Below are positions 1 through 11,235 of a DNA stretch of 64,000 nucleotides, piece by piece. Both the position numbers and the translations under genes were made by a program. The notes under the pieces are model-generated. The model had not been told where the DNA came from. It saw only the letters and a program-made list of their open reading frames with translations, and searched no databases. The first letter of the stretch is position 1, and every line of letters begins with the position of its first letter. The stretch comes from Chiloscyllium plagiosum (Eukaryota): contig NC_057758.1 of NCBI RefSeq assembly GCF_004010195.1, positions 2,741,853 through 2,805,852 of the forward strand, read 5' to 3'.

Positions 1-376
1 ACCTTATACGGGTTAATAAAATCATGAGGGGCATGGATCAGATAAATAGACAAAGTCTATTCCCTGGTGTGTAGGAATGCAGAACGAGAGGGCATAGATT
101 TAGGGTGAGAGGGGAAAGATATAAAAGAGACGAAAGGAGCAGCTTTTTCACACAGAGGATGGTACGTGTATGGAATGAACTGCCAGAGGAAGTGGTGGAG
201 GCTAGTATAATTGGAACATTTAAAAGCATCTGGATGGGTGTATGAATCAGAAGGGTTTGGGAGGATACTGGCCAGTTTCTGGAATGAGGGACTTGATCGG
301 GTTGGGATATCTGGTCGACGTGGACGAGTTGGACTGAAGGGTCTCTTTCCGTGCTGTACATCTCTATGACTCTATG
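1..376 (+). mobile_element. CR1-clade LINE, 3' end fragment
   Basis: ORF2 C-terminal remnant (KIMRGMD..., RTRGHRFRVRG..., FFTQRMVRVWNELP) followed by the 3' UTR and tail gtgctgtacatctctatgactctatga. Confidence 0.85.
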
Positions 377-1969
377 AATGGTCAGATAACGTTTGGGTAC
401 TGTTACTTCAAGTAAACCGCTAGGCATAGCTAGTGATTTATTTGCAGTGCTCTCAGTTGAGGGGGGGGGGGGGGGGGGTCAAGTGATTATGATCAGGTCG
501 AACAGGTTATTTTAAGTGCTTTTGAATTGGTAGAAAAAACGCATAAACAGTGGTGCAGAAACATAAAGAAGGAACCAAATCAGACTTAAGTTGATTTCCA
601 AAGAATGAAATAAAGTAATTTTAAGACATGAATGTCGGCGTTCAAAATAGATCAAGAGAGGTTCTAAGAGAGGTTATTCTGCTAGAGGAGTTTCACAACA
701 TATGTTCAGAGATGATAAGATTTCTTGAGGAGGAACAGGAAGTTCAACAATTGAGAAGAGCAAGTGAGATAGCACATGAATGTACATTGGTGCTTAAAGC
801 AAAGTTTAGCATCCAGTAAGAATTTCATCCTGTGAGGAATAGAATTTGGGAGAAGGGGAGATCCTATACCATGAAATAAAAAGTAGAGAACACTGGTAAT
901 TGTTTAGCACAGCATAAAAAAGTAGTCCAAGAGGGTGGAAAGGGGGTGAAAGGCTACAGGTGTTTCCACTGTTGTAATGTGGAACACATAAAGTCATAAC
1001 GCTGGTCATTAAAGAAAAGCATTGTGAGAAAAGATGGGGTAAAAGAAACTAAACTTACTCAGAAAGAACAGTGAGAGAAAGGTAAAGAAGATATAATTTT
1101 GGGAGACACTGGATCGAACCAGTGTCTACTGGTAAGAGATGAACGTATTTGCACTTTTTCTAATCTGCTACCCGAGACAGTGGCAATTTGTTGGATAGAT
1201 GGACATAAATTTAACCTTTCTAAATGTAAGATCAAGTTGGAATGCCAAATTAAGATTGGAGAAATAACAGTGTGAGTGATTGAGAGAGTGTCAGTTTGAG
1301 GGATTCAAGTTGTTCTTGGGAACGATTTAGCACAATCCAAGGTGGGAGTGACACCCCTTATTGTGCAGAAGCGCAAGGGAGACCAGGGGGCTAAGGAGAT
1401 AAAAGAAAAGTAGCCTGGTATTTCCCAAACAGTGTACTAACAAGATCCCACAATGATAAGCCACAGCACGAAGCAAAAACTACAGAGAAAGATGGAGGAT
1501 TTCAGGTTCAGATAGCCGACACACTCTTTGGTGAAATGGTACAAGAAAAACCCGAACAGGCAGACGGTGTGACAGAAGTGTTTCGTCCTGAAAGGCTAAT
1601 GCACTTGCCACAGAAAGACAAGACGATGAAAGGTTATATACGTTGATGCTTAGTCATAAAAGGAAGCTGCGAATATTCCAAAGGGTTTCTTTCTTAAAGA
1701 TAGAATCAAAAGCCGAAAATGGAGACCATGGCGGGTTAGTGCCGAGGAGAAAAGTGCAGTAGTGCACCAAATTGTGTTGTCGGTAGCATACAGCCAGGAC
1801 GTTTTACGGGTGGCATTTGAACTACCAGTAGGAGGTCAACTTGGTGTATTGAAGATTCAGCTAAGGTACAAAAACATTTCTATTGGCCTGGAATATAGAA
1901 GGATGTGGTTAACATTTGCCATATGTGTCATACATGCCAAATAATAGGTAAGCCACAAGCAGGAATAAA

Positions 1970-2163
1970 CGACGCCCCTCCCCCAAGTCCCTCCTCCCTA
2001 CCTTTTATCTTAGCCTGCTGGACAAACGTTCCCCATTCCTGAAGAAGGGCTTATGCCCGAAACGTCGATTCTCCTGTTCCCTGGATGCTGCCTGACCTGC
2101 TGCGCTTTTCCAGCAACACATTTCCAGCTCTGATCTCCAGCATCTGCAGACCTCACTTTCTCC
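1970..2163 (+). mobile_element. Penelope-like element terminal fragment inserted in the Gypsy integrase
   Basis: Ends ...ccagcatctgcagacctcactttctcc. Flanked by direct repeat ccacaagcaggaataaa (1953-1969, 2162-2178). Contains a hammerhead motif. Confidence 0.75.
2035..2070 (+). ncRNA. Minimal type I hammerhead ribozyme motif (PLE-associated)
   Basis: CTGAAGA-A-GGGC-ttat-GCCC-GAAA-CG-TC: core CUGANGA, 4-bp stem II, GAAA, and UH with almost no stem III. Confidence 0.65.
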
Positions 2164-3804
2164 ACAAGCAGGAATAAAACCAGTACCTTCTTTGCCAAAT
2201 CTCACATTCAACGAACCTTTCACGTGTGTTATAATTGATTGTCTCGGTCTCGTCCAGAGAACTAAAAGTGGAAACCAGTACTTGATAACTATAATGGATG
2301 TGTTTATCAGATCTTTGAAGGCAATTCCATTACCGAGTATTCAGGCAAAAGGGATATTAGAGTTGTTAGCAGCTTTCTTCACGCGGTATGGACTACACAG
2401 AGATATTCAATGACAGCAAGTGTTTAGTATTACTTGTAGGCTTTTTTAAGGAGATCATACTATACAGTACTTTAATCCAGTACATATCATCCTGAATCGC
2501 AGGGAGCTTTAGAAAGGTGCCATTAGACCTTTAAGACCATAAGAGCGTACTCTCAGGATTACCCGTATGATTGGGATAAAGTTATCCCATTTGTGTTGCT
2601 TGCCATTAAAGATGCCCCAAACGAATCTACTCAGTTTACTCCCTTTGAGGTAATATTCACACATGATGTGAGAGACCCTTTGAAAGTAATGAAAGAGACT
2701 GAAGTCGGAAATCTCACATTTGGACAGATTAAATCGTTTTGGTGAGTTAGCGAAACAGCACCAGAAGAGGACAGAACATGGAATGAAGCTGGTGACAGAT
2801 TAAAAAAAACAAAATCCGACGTTTTCATGGTGAGATGACATATGAATATTGTTGAAGGTAATCCTTTCGAAGCCATGTTGAGTGGTCGCTATGAAATTGA
2901 GAAAAAGTTGAGTCAGGTAATCTATCCGGTGAAGATGACGAAGAACAATAATCTGTATCGCATATGTCATGCGAATATTTTGAAACTTTATTATAATAGA
3001 GAGAAGGAAAGGGAGGAACATTTGTTAATTACTGTCCCGTCGATTAAGGAATTAAATCCAGGTGGTGTGGTGTTTGATGTGCCTCAAAATACGTAAAACA
3101 ATTAGAAAGGCCTTGAGGAGTGGGTAGGTTAGTGAACTATCCGCCTCAGGACCAAAGAACGCAACTGAAAGCTTTGTTAGAGCAGTATGAGGGCATATAC
3201 AGGAGTAAGATATGGAAGTCTAATGTTATTGTACATGAGGTAGACGTAGGGAATTCTATTCTGATAAAACAACTCCCCTACAGGTTTAATCCTTTTAGAC
3301 CCAGGCAGGTCAAGAAGGAACAAAGATTTAATTGAACCAAGTCAAAGCGAGTCGAGCTTGCTGATTGTGTTAGTTCCCAAACCTGGCAGGACTTAACGAT
3401 TTTGTGTGGACTATCTGAAGGCCAATGTTGGAACATAATCGGACTCATAACACAGTCCAGGTTTGGGGGACTCCACAGAGAAAGTTTGACAAGCAAGTTG
3501 CATTACTAAGTTTGACTTACTGCGTGCTTATTGGTAGGTAACTTTATCAGAGAGAGTGAAATAAACTTCTGCGTTCATAACCCCAAATGGGCTATGTCTA
3601 TTTAACGTAACGCACCCAATAAATGGCAACGACTCATGGACTGATTTGTGGCTGCGTTAACAAACGGTGCAGTTTATCTGGATGATGTAGTGATCTTTCA
3701 TGAGTCCTGGAAATATCGAATGTTACAGTTGGCATAGTTCTTAGAACGATTCGGAGATTACATGGATAAAGTATGGATAAGATTAAACAAATAACAATGT
3801 TATA

Positions 3805-3900
3805 AAATAAATACATGCATATATATACATACATATGTGTGTGTGTGTGTCTCTCCCTGTGTGTGTGAGTATGTGTGTGAACGTCCGCGTGTGTGTGCAG
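3805..3900. repeat. (TA)n/(TG)n microsatellite
   Basis: atatatatacatacatatgtgtgtgtgtgtgt... Confidence 0.8.
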
Positions 3901-4022
3901 ATGTTCACATGAGCTTACATTACTGTCTCATGTATTCAATGGTGATCGGGTTAAGAATGAGAAAAAAACAAGTGAAACCATCCTTTCATTATCATGGTTC
4001 ACTTTTTTTCTTAAGGTGGAGG

Positions 4023-4498
4023 TGTTATGAAGTTGCAGACGTGTACTGTAACTTTTTGAAAGAGTGAAAGCGGGCAAACGCTTTTCATGACAGAATGTGC
4101 TGTTCAAAGCAGCCTGGTAAAGGTACTTTTTCTTTATATGAAAACTCTACGCAGCAGAAGATTGAAGATGACCCAGGTATACTACACACACCGGAAGAAC
4201 CACACCTCACTCTGTTTTTATCTTTTTTTTGCTGTAAATTTAATTGGGGCCTCATTGTTGTCAGTATTTTGTTACAGAGTGGGAGGTCGATAGCAATCTT
4301 TTGAGAGAAAGGAGGCTGAGAGTTGTAAATAGTGTTTTTTCACGTTCATTTTATAGTTAAAGAATAACTTTTTTATTATTTAAATAGTGGAATGGAGGTA
4401 GTTGTCTGTCATTCATACAATAACAGATAACGAGGCGAGGGGAGCTTTTCAGTGCGTTTTGCTTAATTAGCAGAATTGTTCAACGCCGTGTTCCAACA
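4023..4498 (+). repeat. 3' LTR of the Gmr1-like element
   Basis: Starts TGTTATGAAG right after the polypurine tract and ends ...ccgtgttccAACA. The 3' half resembles the LTRs at 46841-47557 and 49389-50108. Confidence 0.8.
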
Positions 4499-5221
4499 AT
4501 TCTTCATTCACTTAATGATGCAAATCAAGTTTTGCAGCTTCAGCCCTCCGCGTTTGAAGGATGTGAATAAGAATTGATTTGACTGGTGATGTCTTGGTGT
4601 TGACCAACAAGCAGCGTAAATTGTGTCTCTGACTTCAACCCAATGCGAACAGCCAGGTTCCTTTCCAGTCTTTCAGCTAAGAACGTGAAGTAACGGATGT
4701 CCTCGTTGTGATAAACAAAATGCCCTCTGAGTGGAAAGCATGCCCTAAAAGGGAAATGTACAAAATGAGCCAGCGACATTAGATACAGGCTGTAGTTTGT
4801 GTGCGTTAGAGCATAGACTTATAGAAGCCACGAGCACACGAGAGGCCTATCGATCCATTGAATGTAAAATGTGAGATCAAATCCGAAAGGGGCATGATAC
4901 CCAAAATTATAACTGGAAACTTTGATTGTACGGGGACTTCAAATGGCTTATCCAATAGCTCTTTGAAGTTTGAAAGTTCTACTGACTTACCACATCATCC
5001 GGCAATGTATTACAGATCCCCACCACTCTCTGGTGGGAAACATTTCTCATCAACTCACCTCCACACCTTGAACTCAGAAAACCTTCCACAGTATGGAAGC
5101 TGTGTGCTCACCCATCAAGTCCAAACTGATCCTCCCAAAAAGCATCCCACAGAGATCCAACCATCCCTGTATCACAGCAGTTCCTATGGTGAATCAACAC
5201 ACTGTGAAAATTTAGTATGTC

Positions 5222-5395
5222 CAATTTAATAACTTGCACATGTTTGGACGTGTAGGAGGAAATCCAAGCACCCAGAGGAAGCCCACGCAGACACAGTAGA
5301 GTGTGCAAATTCCATCCAGTCACTCAAAGCAAGAATCAATCCCATCCCCTGACGCTGTAAACCAACAAGAAGGACAACTGAGCCGCTATGCCACA
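5222..5395 (-). mobile_element. Diverged HE1/V-SINE-like SINE
   Basis: Reverse complement of the SINE core: ggaggaaatccaagcacccagaggaagcccacgcagacac...gtgcaaattcca. Confidence 0.6.
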
Positions 5396-6376
5396 CCAAA
5401 ATATTTGGTCGTCTATTTCAAAAAGTCCAACCTCGATATTGAACCATCAGCTGAAGGGAGTAGCTGCTTTCTGTTCTCTCTGCCCGTGCTCCACAAATTG
5501 TTACACAAATCAAGCAGGTCTTCCAGCGAGCTTTTGTACTTCAGAGAAAACATCCCTAGCATATCCTGTAATAAAATGTCTAATAGACTATTGAACAGGA
5601 GAGGACAGGAACAAGTTCTTTTGCCCATCATGTGTGTGCCAAGAATTTTGAACTAATCCCATCTACCGACACATGGCTTTTTCACCACTATTATCTGCCT
5701 GTTCATGCTTCTGTCGAAATAACTCTTTACCCTTTCTGTCAAATCCACTTCTACCACCTCTCCATGGCAATATGTTCCAGGTACCGACCACCTTATTCAT
5801 ATAAAACTCTCCTCGTACATTTCCTTTCCACTTTTTCCTCTCTCACCTCAAACTGAAGCCAAACATTTGACATTTCCGCAGTGGGGTTAAAAAAGGTTGC
5901 CTTGATGACATATCCACGTGTGCCATCATCTCGAACACTCGAGAAAAAAACAATCCAAGTCTCATTTCTCCTGATACTTGATGGAATCAAATGCATGCAA
6001 CATCCTGGTAAAACTTTTCTGCACTCTTGTGCACTCTTCTGTCCTTCCTATAGTGTCGTGTTCAGAGAAAAGTACTCCAAAGGTCGAAAAATGAAAAGGC
6101 CATCAATGTATCTTGCTCATTTCAGAACTTTCCCCTTCCTTTCTGTCATGATGTTAAGACATGGATTTAAATGTGAACTGCGATATCGACAATTAATATG
6201 TGTCAGTGTCATCTAGTTTTATTGACATGGCTGAGAAAGCGATTGTTCATTTCTCATTGCATTGGCAACATCAAACGGAGCCCGAATTGCTGAGATGACA
6301 AATTTCTGCAAGGTTTGTGAAGGTTTATAGCTCAGGTTGAGCTTTAGTTTTGCTAGCTGAGCTGTAGGTTTGATAT

Positions 6377-6416
6377 CCAGATGTTTCATTACTTGGCTAG
6401 GTAACATCATCAGTGG
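6377..6416 (-). ncRNA. Type I hammerhead ribozyme motif in the PLE terminal repeat
   Basis: Minus strand: CCA-CTGATGA-T-GTTAC-ctagccaa-GTAAT-GAAA-CA-TC-TGG. Stem I is CCA/TGG and stem II is GTTAC/GTAAT. Confidence 0.7.
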
Positions 6417-7305
6417 CGACCTCCAAGTGAAGCGAAGCTATTGTCTCCTGCTTTCTATTTATATGTTTGATCTGGATGGGGTTCCTGGGGTTTGTGGTGA
6501 TGTCATTTCCTGTTCGTTTTCTAAGGAGTTGATAGATGGCATCGAGATCTATGTGTTTATTTATGGCGTTGTGGTTGGAGTGCCAGGCCTCTAGGAATTC
6601 TCTGTCTTTGCTTAGCTTGTCCCAGGATAGATGTGTTGTCCCAGTCGAAATGGTGGATTTTTTCATCCATGTGTAGGGCTCTGAGGGAGAGAGGGTCATG
6701 TTTGTTTCTTTTGTGGCTAGCTGGTGTTCGTGTATCCTGGTGGCTAACTTTCTTCCTGTTTGTCCTACATTGTGTTTGTGGCAGTCCTTGCATGGAATTT
6801 TGTAGACGAGGTTGGTTTTGTCCATGGGTTGTACTGGGTCTTTTAAGTTTGTTAGTTTTTGTTTGAGAGTGTTGGTGGGTTTGTGTGCTACTAGGATTCC
6901 GAGGAGTCTCAGTAGTCTGGCTGTCATTTCTGAAACTTCTTTGATGTATGGTAAGGTGGTTAGGGTTTATGGCTGTGTTTGGTCTGCTTGTCGTGGTTTG
7001 TTCTTGAGTGCTACAGCGGGCGCACAGAGAGGGGAGCCGGAAGGTAAGCGGAGACCAGTTTAAATTAACGTTTCCCTTCCCGCAGTCTGTGTCTTTTTTC
7101 AACTAGGAGTGGGAACCCGGGAGTCGTCAACAGAGGCTTCTGGGAAAGTAAGAAGTTTGAGTGGAGAAGGAACCCGAGACACTACACGAGTGTCTCCCAC
7201 CCTCAATCCTCCTCTAACCTAAAAAAAGGAATCAGTTGGCTGAACAGGTAAGCTACTTAGTGTTCTTGTTTTGGAGACTAAGTGTAGAGTTATGCAACGC
7301 GGGCC

Positions 7306-8200
7306 GTGGAATATTCCTCCTGCAGGATGTTTAAGGTAGGGGTGACCACCGATGCTCCTGCCAACTTCACCAGCAGGAAGTGCAGCCAGCTCCAGCTCCT
7401 CGCAGACCGCGTTAGGGAACTGGAGCTGGAGTTGGATGAACTGAGGATTATTAGAGAGGCTGAGAGGGTGATAGATATAAGCTACAGGGACATAGTTACG
7501 CCAGAGAACAGAGGTAGCTGGGTTAGAGGTGGGAAAGGGAGGAAACAGGCAGTGCAGGGATCCCCTGTGGTCATTCCCCTCAACAATAAGTATACCGCTT
7601 TGGATACTGTTGGGGGAGATGGCCTAGTAGGGGTAAACTGCAGTGACCGGGTCTCTGGCACGAGGTGCAGCTCTGAGGCCCAGAAGGAAAAGGGGGAGAG
7701 GAGGAGAGCGCTAGTTATAGGAGACTCTATAGTTAGAGGGACAGACAGGCGGTTCTGTGGACATGGGCGAGACTCTTGTATGGTTTGTTGCCTCACGAAT
7801 GCCAGGGTCCGAGACGTCTCGGACCGTGTTTTCAGAATCCTTAAGGAGGAGGGTGTGCAGCCAGAAGTCGTGGTGCACATTAGCACCAATGAGAGAGGTA
7901 GGAAGAGGGGTGGGGAGGTCATTCAGGAGCTCAGGCAGTTAGGCTGGAAGCTAAAAGCTAGGACGGACAGAGTCATCATCTCTGGGTTGTTGCCGGTGCC
8001 ACGTGACAGTGAGGCAAGGAATAAGGAGAGAGAGTGCAGTTGAACACGTGGCTGCAAGGATAGTGTAGGAGGGAGGGCTTCAGGTATTTGGACAATTTGA
8101 CTGCATTCTGGGAAGGTGGGACCTGTACAAGCAGGACGGTTTGCACCTGAACCAGAAGGGCACCAATATCCTGGGAGGTAGGTTTGCTAGCACTCTTCAG
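7306..8200 (+). pseudogene. CR1 ORF1 remnant (Cys motif, coiled coil, SGNH esterase-like domain)
   Basis: SSCRMF...CSQLQLLADRVRELELELDEL; LVIGDSIVRG (GDS block I); VVVHISTNE; LHLNQKG (DxxH-type block). Frameshift and stop near 8040-8060. Confidence 0.85.
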
Positions 8201-9824
8201 GGAGTATACTTCAACGCAAGGAGTATCAGAAATAAGGTGGGTGAATTTAAGGCGTGGATCGGTACTTGGGCCTACGATGTTGTGGCCATTACAGAAACAT
8301 GGATAGAAGAGTACAGGAATGGTTGTTGGAGGTTCCTGGTTACAGATGTTTCAGTAAGATTAGGGGGCGTGGTAAAAAAGGAGGGGGGTGGCGTTGCTAA
8401 TTAGAAATAGTATAACGGCTACAGAAGGGCAGTTCGAGGGGGATCTGCCTTTGGAGGTAGTATAGGCTGAAGTCAGAAATAGAAAAGGTGCTTACTTGTT
8501 TGGTGTTTACTATAGGCCCCCCAATAGCAGCAGAGATGTGGAGAAACAGATTGGGAAACAGACTTTGGAAAGGTGCAAAAGCCACAGGATTTTAGTCATG
8601 GGCGATTTCAACTTTCCAAGTGTTGATTGGAAGCTCTTTAGATCAAATAGATTGGACGGGGCGGTGTTTGTGCAGTGTGTCCAGGAATCTTTTCTAACTC
8701 ACTATGTAGATTTTCCGACCAGAGGGGAGGTCATATTGGATTTGGTACTTGGTAACGAACAAGTGATGGACTTGTTAGTGGGTGAGCATTTTGGTGATGG
8801 TGACCACAATTCTTTGACTTTCACCTTGGTTATGGAGAGAGATAGGTGCGTGCAACAGGGCGGGTTTTACAATTGGGAGAAGGGTAAATACGATGCTGCA
8901 AGACAGGATCTGAGGAGCATAAATTGGGAGCATAGGCTGTCAGGGAAGGATGTCGTTGAAATGTGGAACTTTTTCAAGGAACAGATACGACGTGTCCTTG
9001 ATATGTATGTACCTGTCAGGCAGAAAGAGATGGTCGTGTGAGGGAACCTTGGTTGACGAGGGAGGTTGAACTTCTTGTAAGGAGGAAGAAGGAGGCTTAC
9101 ATAAGGTTGAGGAAACAAGGTTCAGACAGAGCGTTGGAGGGATACAGGATAGCCAGGAGGGAGCTGAAAAAAAGGATTAGGAGAGCTAAGAGAGGGCATG
9201 AAAAATCTTTGGCGGGTAGGATCAAGGATAACCCCAAGGCCTTTAATGCGTCTTTGAGAAACATGAGAATGACGAGAACGAGGGTAGGTCCGATCAAGGA
9301 CAGTAGTGGGAGACTGTGTATTGAGTAGAAAGAGATAGGAGAGGTCTTGAATGAGTACTTCAGTATTTACAAACGAGAGGGACCGTATTGTTGAAGAGGA
9401 GAATATGAAACGGACTGGTAAGCTAGAAGAGATACTTGTTAGGAAGGAAGATGTGTTGGGCATTTTGAAAAACTTGAGGAGACAAGTCCCCAGGACCTGA
9501 CGGGATATATCCTAGAATTATGTGGGAAGCAAGAGAGGAAATTGCAGAATCGTTGGCAATGATCTTTTCGCCTTCACTGTCAATGGGGGTGGTACCAGCG
9601 GACTGGAGAGTGGCGAATGTTACGCCCCTGTTCAAAAAAGGGAATAGGGATAACCCCGGGAATTACAGGCCAGTTAGTCTTACTTCGGTGGTAGGCAAAG
9701 TAATGGAAAGGGTACTGAGGGATAGGATTTATGAGTATCTGGAAAGGCACTGCTTGATTAGGGACAACCAGCGCGGATTTGTGAGGGGTAGGTCTTGCCT
9801 TACAAGTCTTATTGAATTCTTTGA

Positions 9825-9861
9825 AGAGAAAATGAGGTCTGCAGATGCTGGAGATCAGAGA
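9825..9861 (-). mobile_element. 37-bp PLE terminus inserted in CR1 ORF2
   Basis: agagaaaatgaggtctgcagatgctggagatcagaga, the reverse complement of the end of the 1970-2163 element. Flanked by 16-bp TSD ttattgaattctttga (9809-9824, 9862-9877). Confidence 0.85.
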
Positions 9862-10249
9862 TTATTGAATTCTTTGAGGAGGTGACCAAGCATGTAGATG
9901 AGGGTAGAGCAGTGGATGTAGTGTACATGGATTTTAGTAAGGCATTTGATAAGGTTCCCCATGGTAGGCTTATGCGGAAAGTCAGGCAGCATCGGATAGA
10001 GGGAAATTTGGCCAATTGGATAGAAAACTGGCTAACCGGTCGAAGTCAGAGAGTGGTGGTAGATGGTAAATATTCAGCCTGGAGCCCAGTTACAAGTAGA
10101 GTTCCGCAGGGATCAGTTCTGGGTCCTCTGCTGTTTGTAATTTTTATTAATGACTTACATGAGGGAGTCGAAGGGTGGGTCAGTAAATTTGCAGATGATA
10201 CGAAGATAGGTGGAGTTGTGGACAGTGAAGAGGGCTGTTGTCGGCTGCA

Positions 10250-11235
10250 NNNNNNNNNNNNNNNNNNNNNNNNNNNNNNNNNNNNNNNNNNNNNNNNNNN
10301 NNNNNNNNNNNNNNNNNNNNNNNNNNNNNNNNNNNNNNNNNNNNNNNNNNNNNNNNNNNNNNNNNNNNNNNNNNNNNNNNNNNNNNNNNNNNNNNNNNNN
10401 NNNNNNNNNNNNNNNNNNNNNNNNNNNNNNNNNNNNNNNNNNNNNNNNNNNNNNNNNNNNNNNNNNNNNNNNNNNNNNNNNNNNNNNNNNNNNNNNNNNN
10501 NNNNNNNNNNNNNNNNNNNNNNNNNNNNNNNNNNNNNNNNNNNNNNNNNNNNNNNNNNNNNNNNNNNNNNNNNNNNNNNNNNNNNNNNNNNNNNNNNNNN
10601 NNNNNNNNNNNNNNNNNNNNNNNNNNNNNNNNNNNNNNNNNNNNNNNNNNNNNNNNNNNNNNNNNNNNNNNNNNNNNNNNNNNNNNNNNNNNNNNNNNNN
10701 NNNNNNNNNNNNNNNNNNNNNNNNNNNNNNNNNNNNNNNNNNNNNNNNNNNNNNNNNNNNNNNNNNNNNNNNNNNNNNNNNNNNNNNNNNNNNNNNNNNN
10801 NNNNNNNNNNNNNNNNNNNNNNNNNNNNNNNNNNNNNNNNNNNNNNNNNNNNNNNNNNNNNNNNNNNNNNNNNNNNNNNNNNNNNNNNNNNNNNNNNNNN
10901 NNNNNNNNNNNNNNNNNNNNNNNNNNNNNNNNNNNNNNNNNNNNNNNNNNNNNNNNNNNNNNNNNNNNNNNNNNNNNNNNNNNNNNNNNNNNNNNNNNNN
11001 NNNNNNNNNNNNNNNNNNNNNNNNNNNNNNNNNNNNNNNNNNNNNNNNNNNNNNNNNNNNNNNNNNNNNNNNNNNNNNNNNNNNNNNNNNNNNNNNNNNN
11101 NNNNNNNNNNNNNNNNNNNNNNNNNNNNNNNNNNNNNNNNNNNNNNNNNNNNNNNNNNNNNNNNNNNNNNNNNNNNNNNNNNNNNNNNNNNNNNNNNNNN
11201 NNNNNNNNNNNNNNNNNNNNNNNNNNNNNNNNNNN
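10250..11235. other. Assembly gap (N run)
   Basis: Run of n inside CR1 ORF2. Confidence 1.

Larger units (their letters stand above)
377..4498 (+). mobile_element. Decayed Gypsy LTR retrotransposon, Gmr1-like domain order, 5' truncated
   Basis: Gag (LREVILLEEF ~660; zinc knuckle CFHCCNVEHIKS ~960), protease (ILGDTGS ~1095), integrase (PVGGQLG ~1820; EPFTCVIIDCLG...GNQYLITIMD 2192-2413), then RT (VDVGNSILIKQLPYRFNP ~3240; VYLDDV ~3670). PPT-like aaggtggagg at 4013-4022 precedes the 3' LTR. Many stops and frameshifts. Confidence 0.85.

Noticed and set aside
460..478. Poly-G run as a functional G-quadruplex
   Set aside because: Homopolymer expansion in a dead gag, possibly a sequencing artefact.
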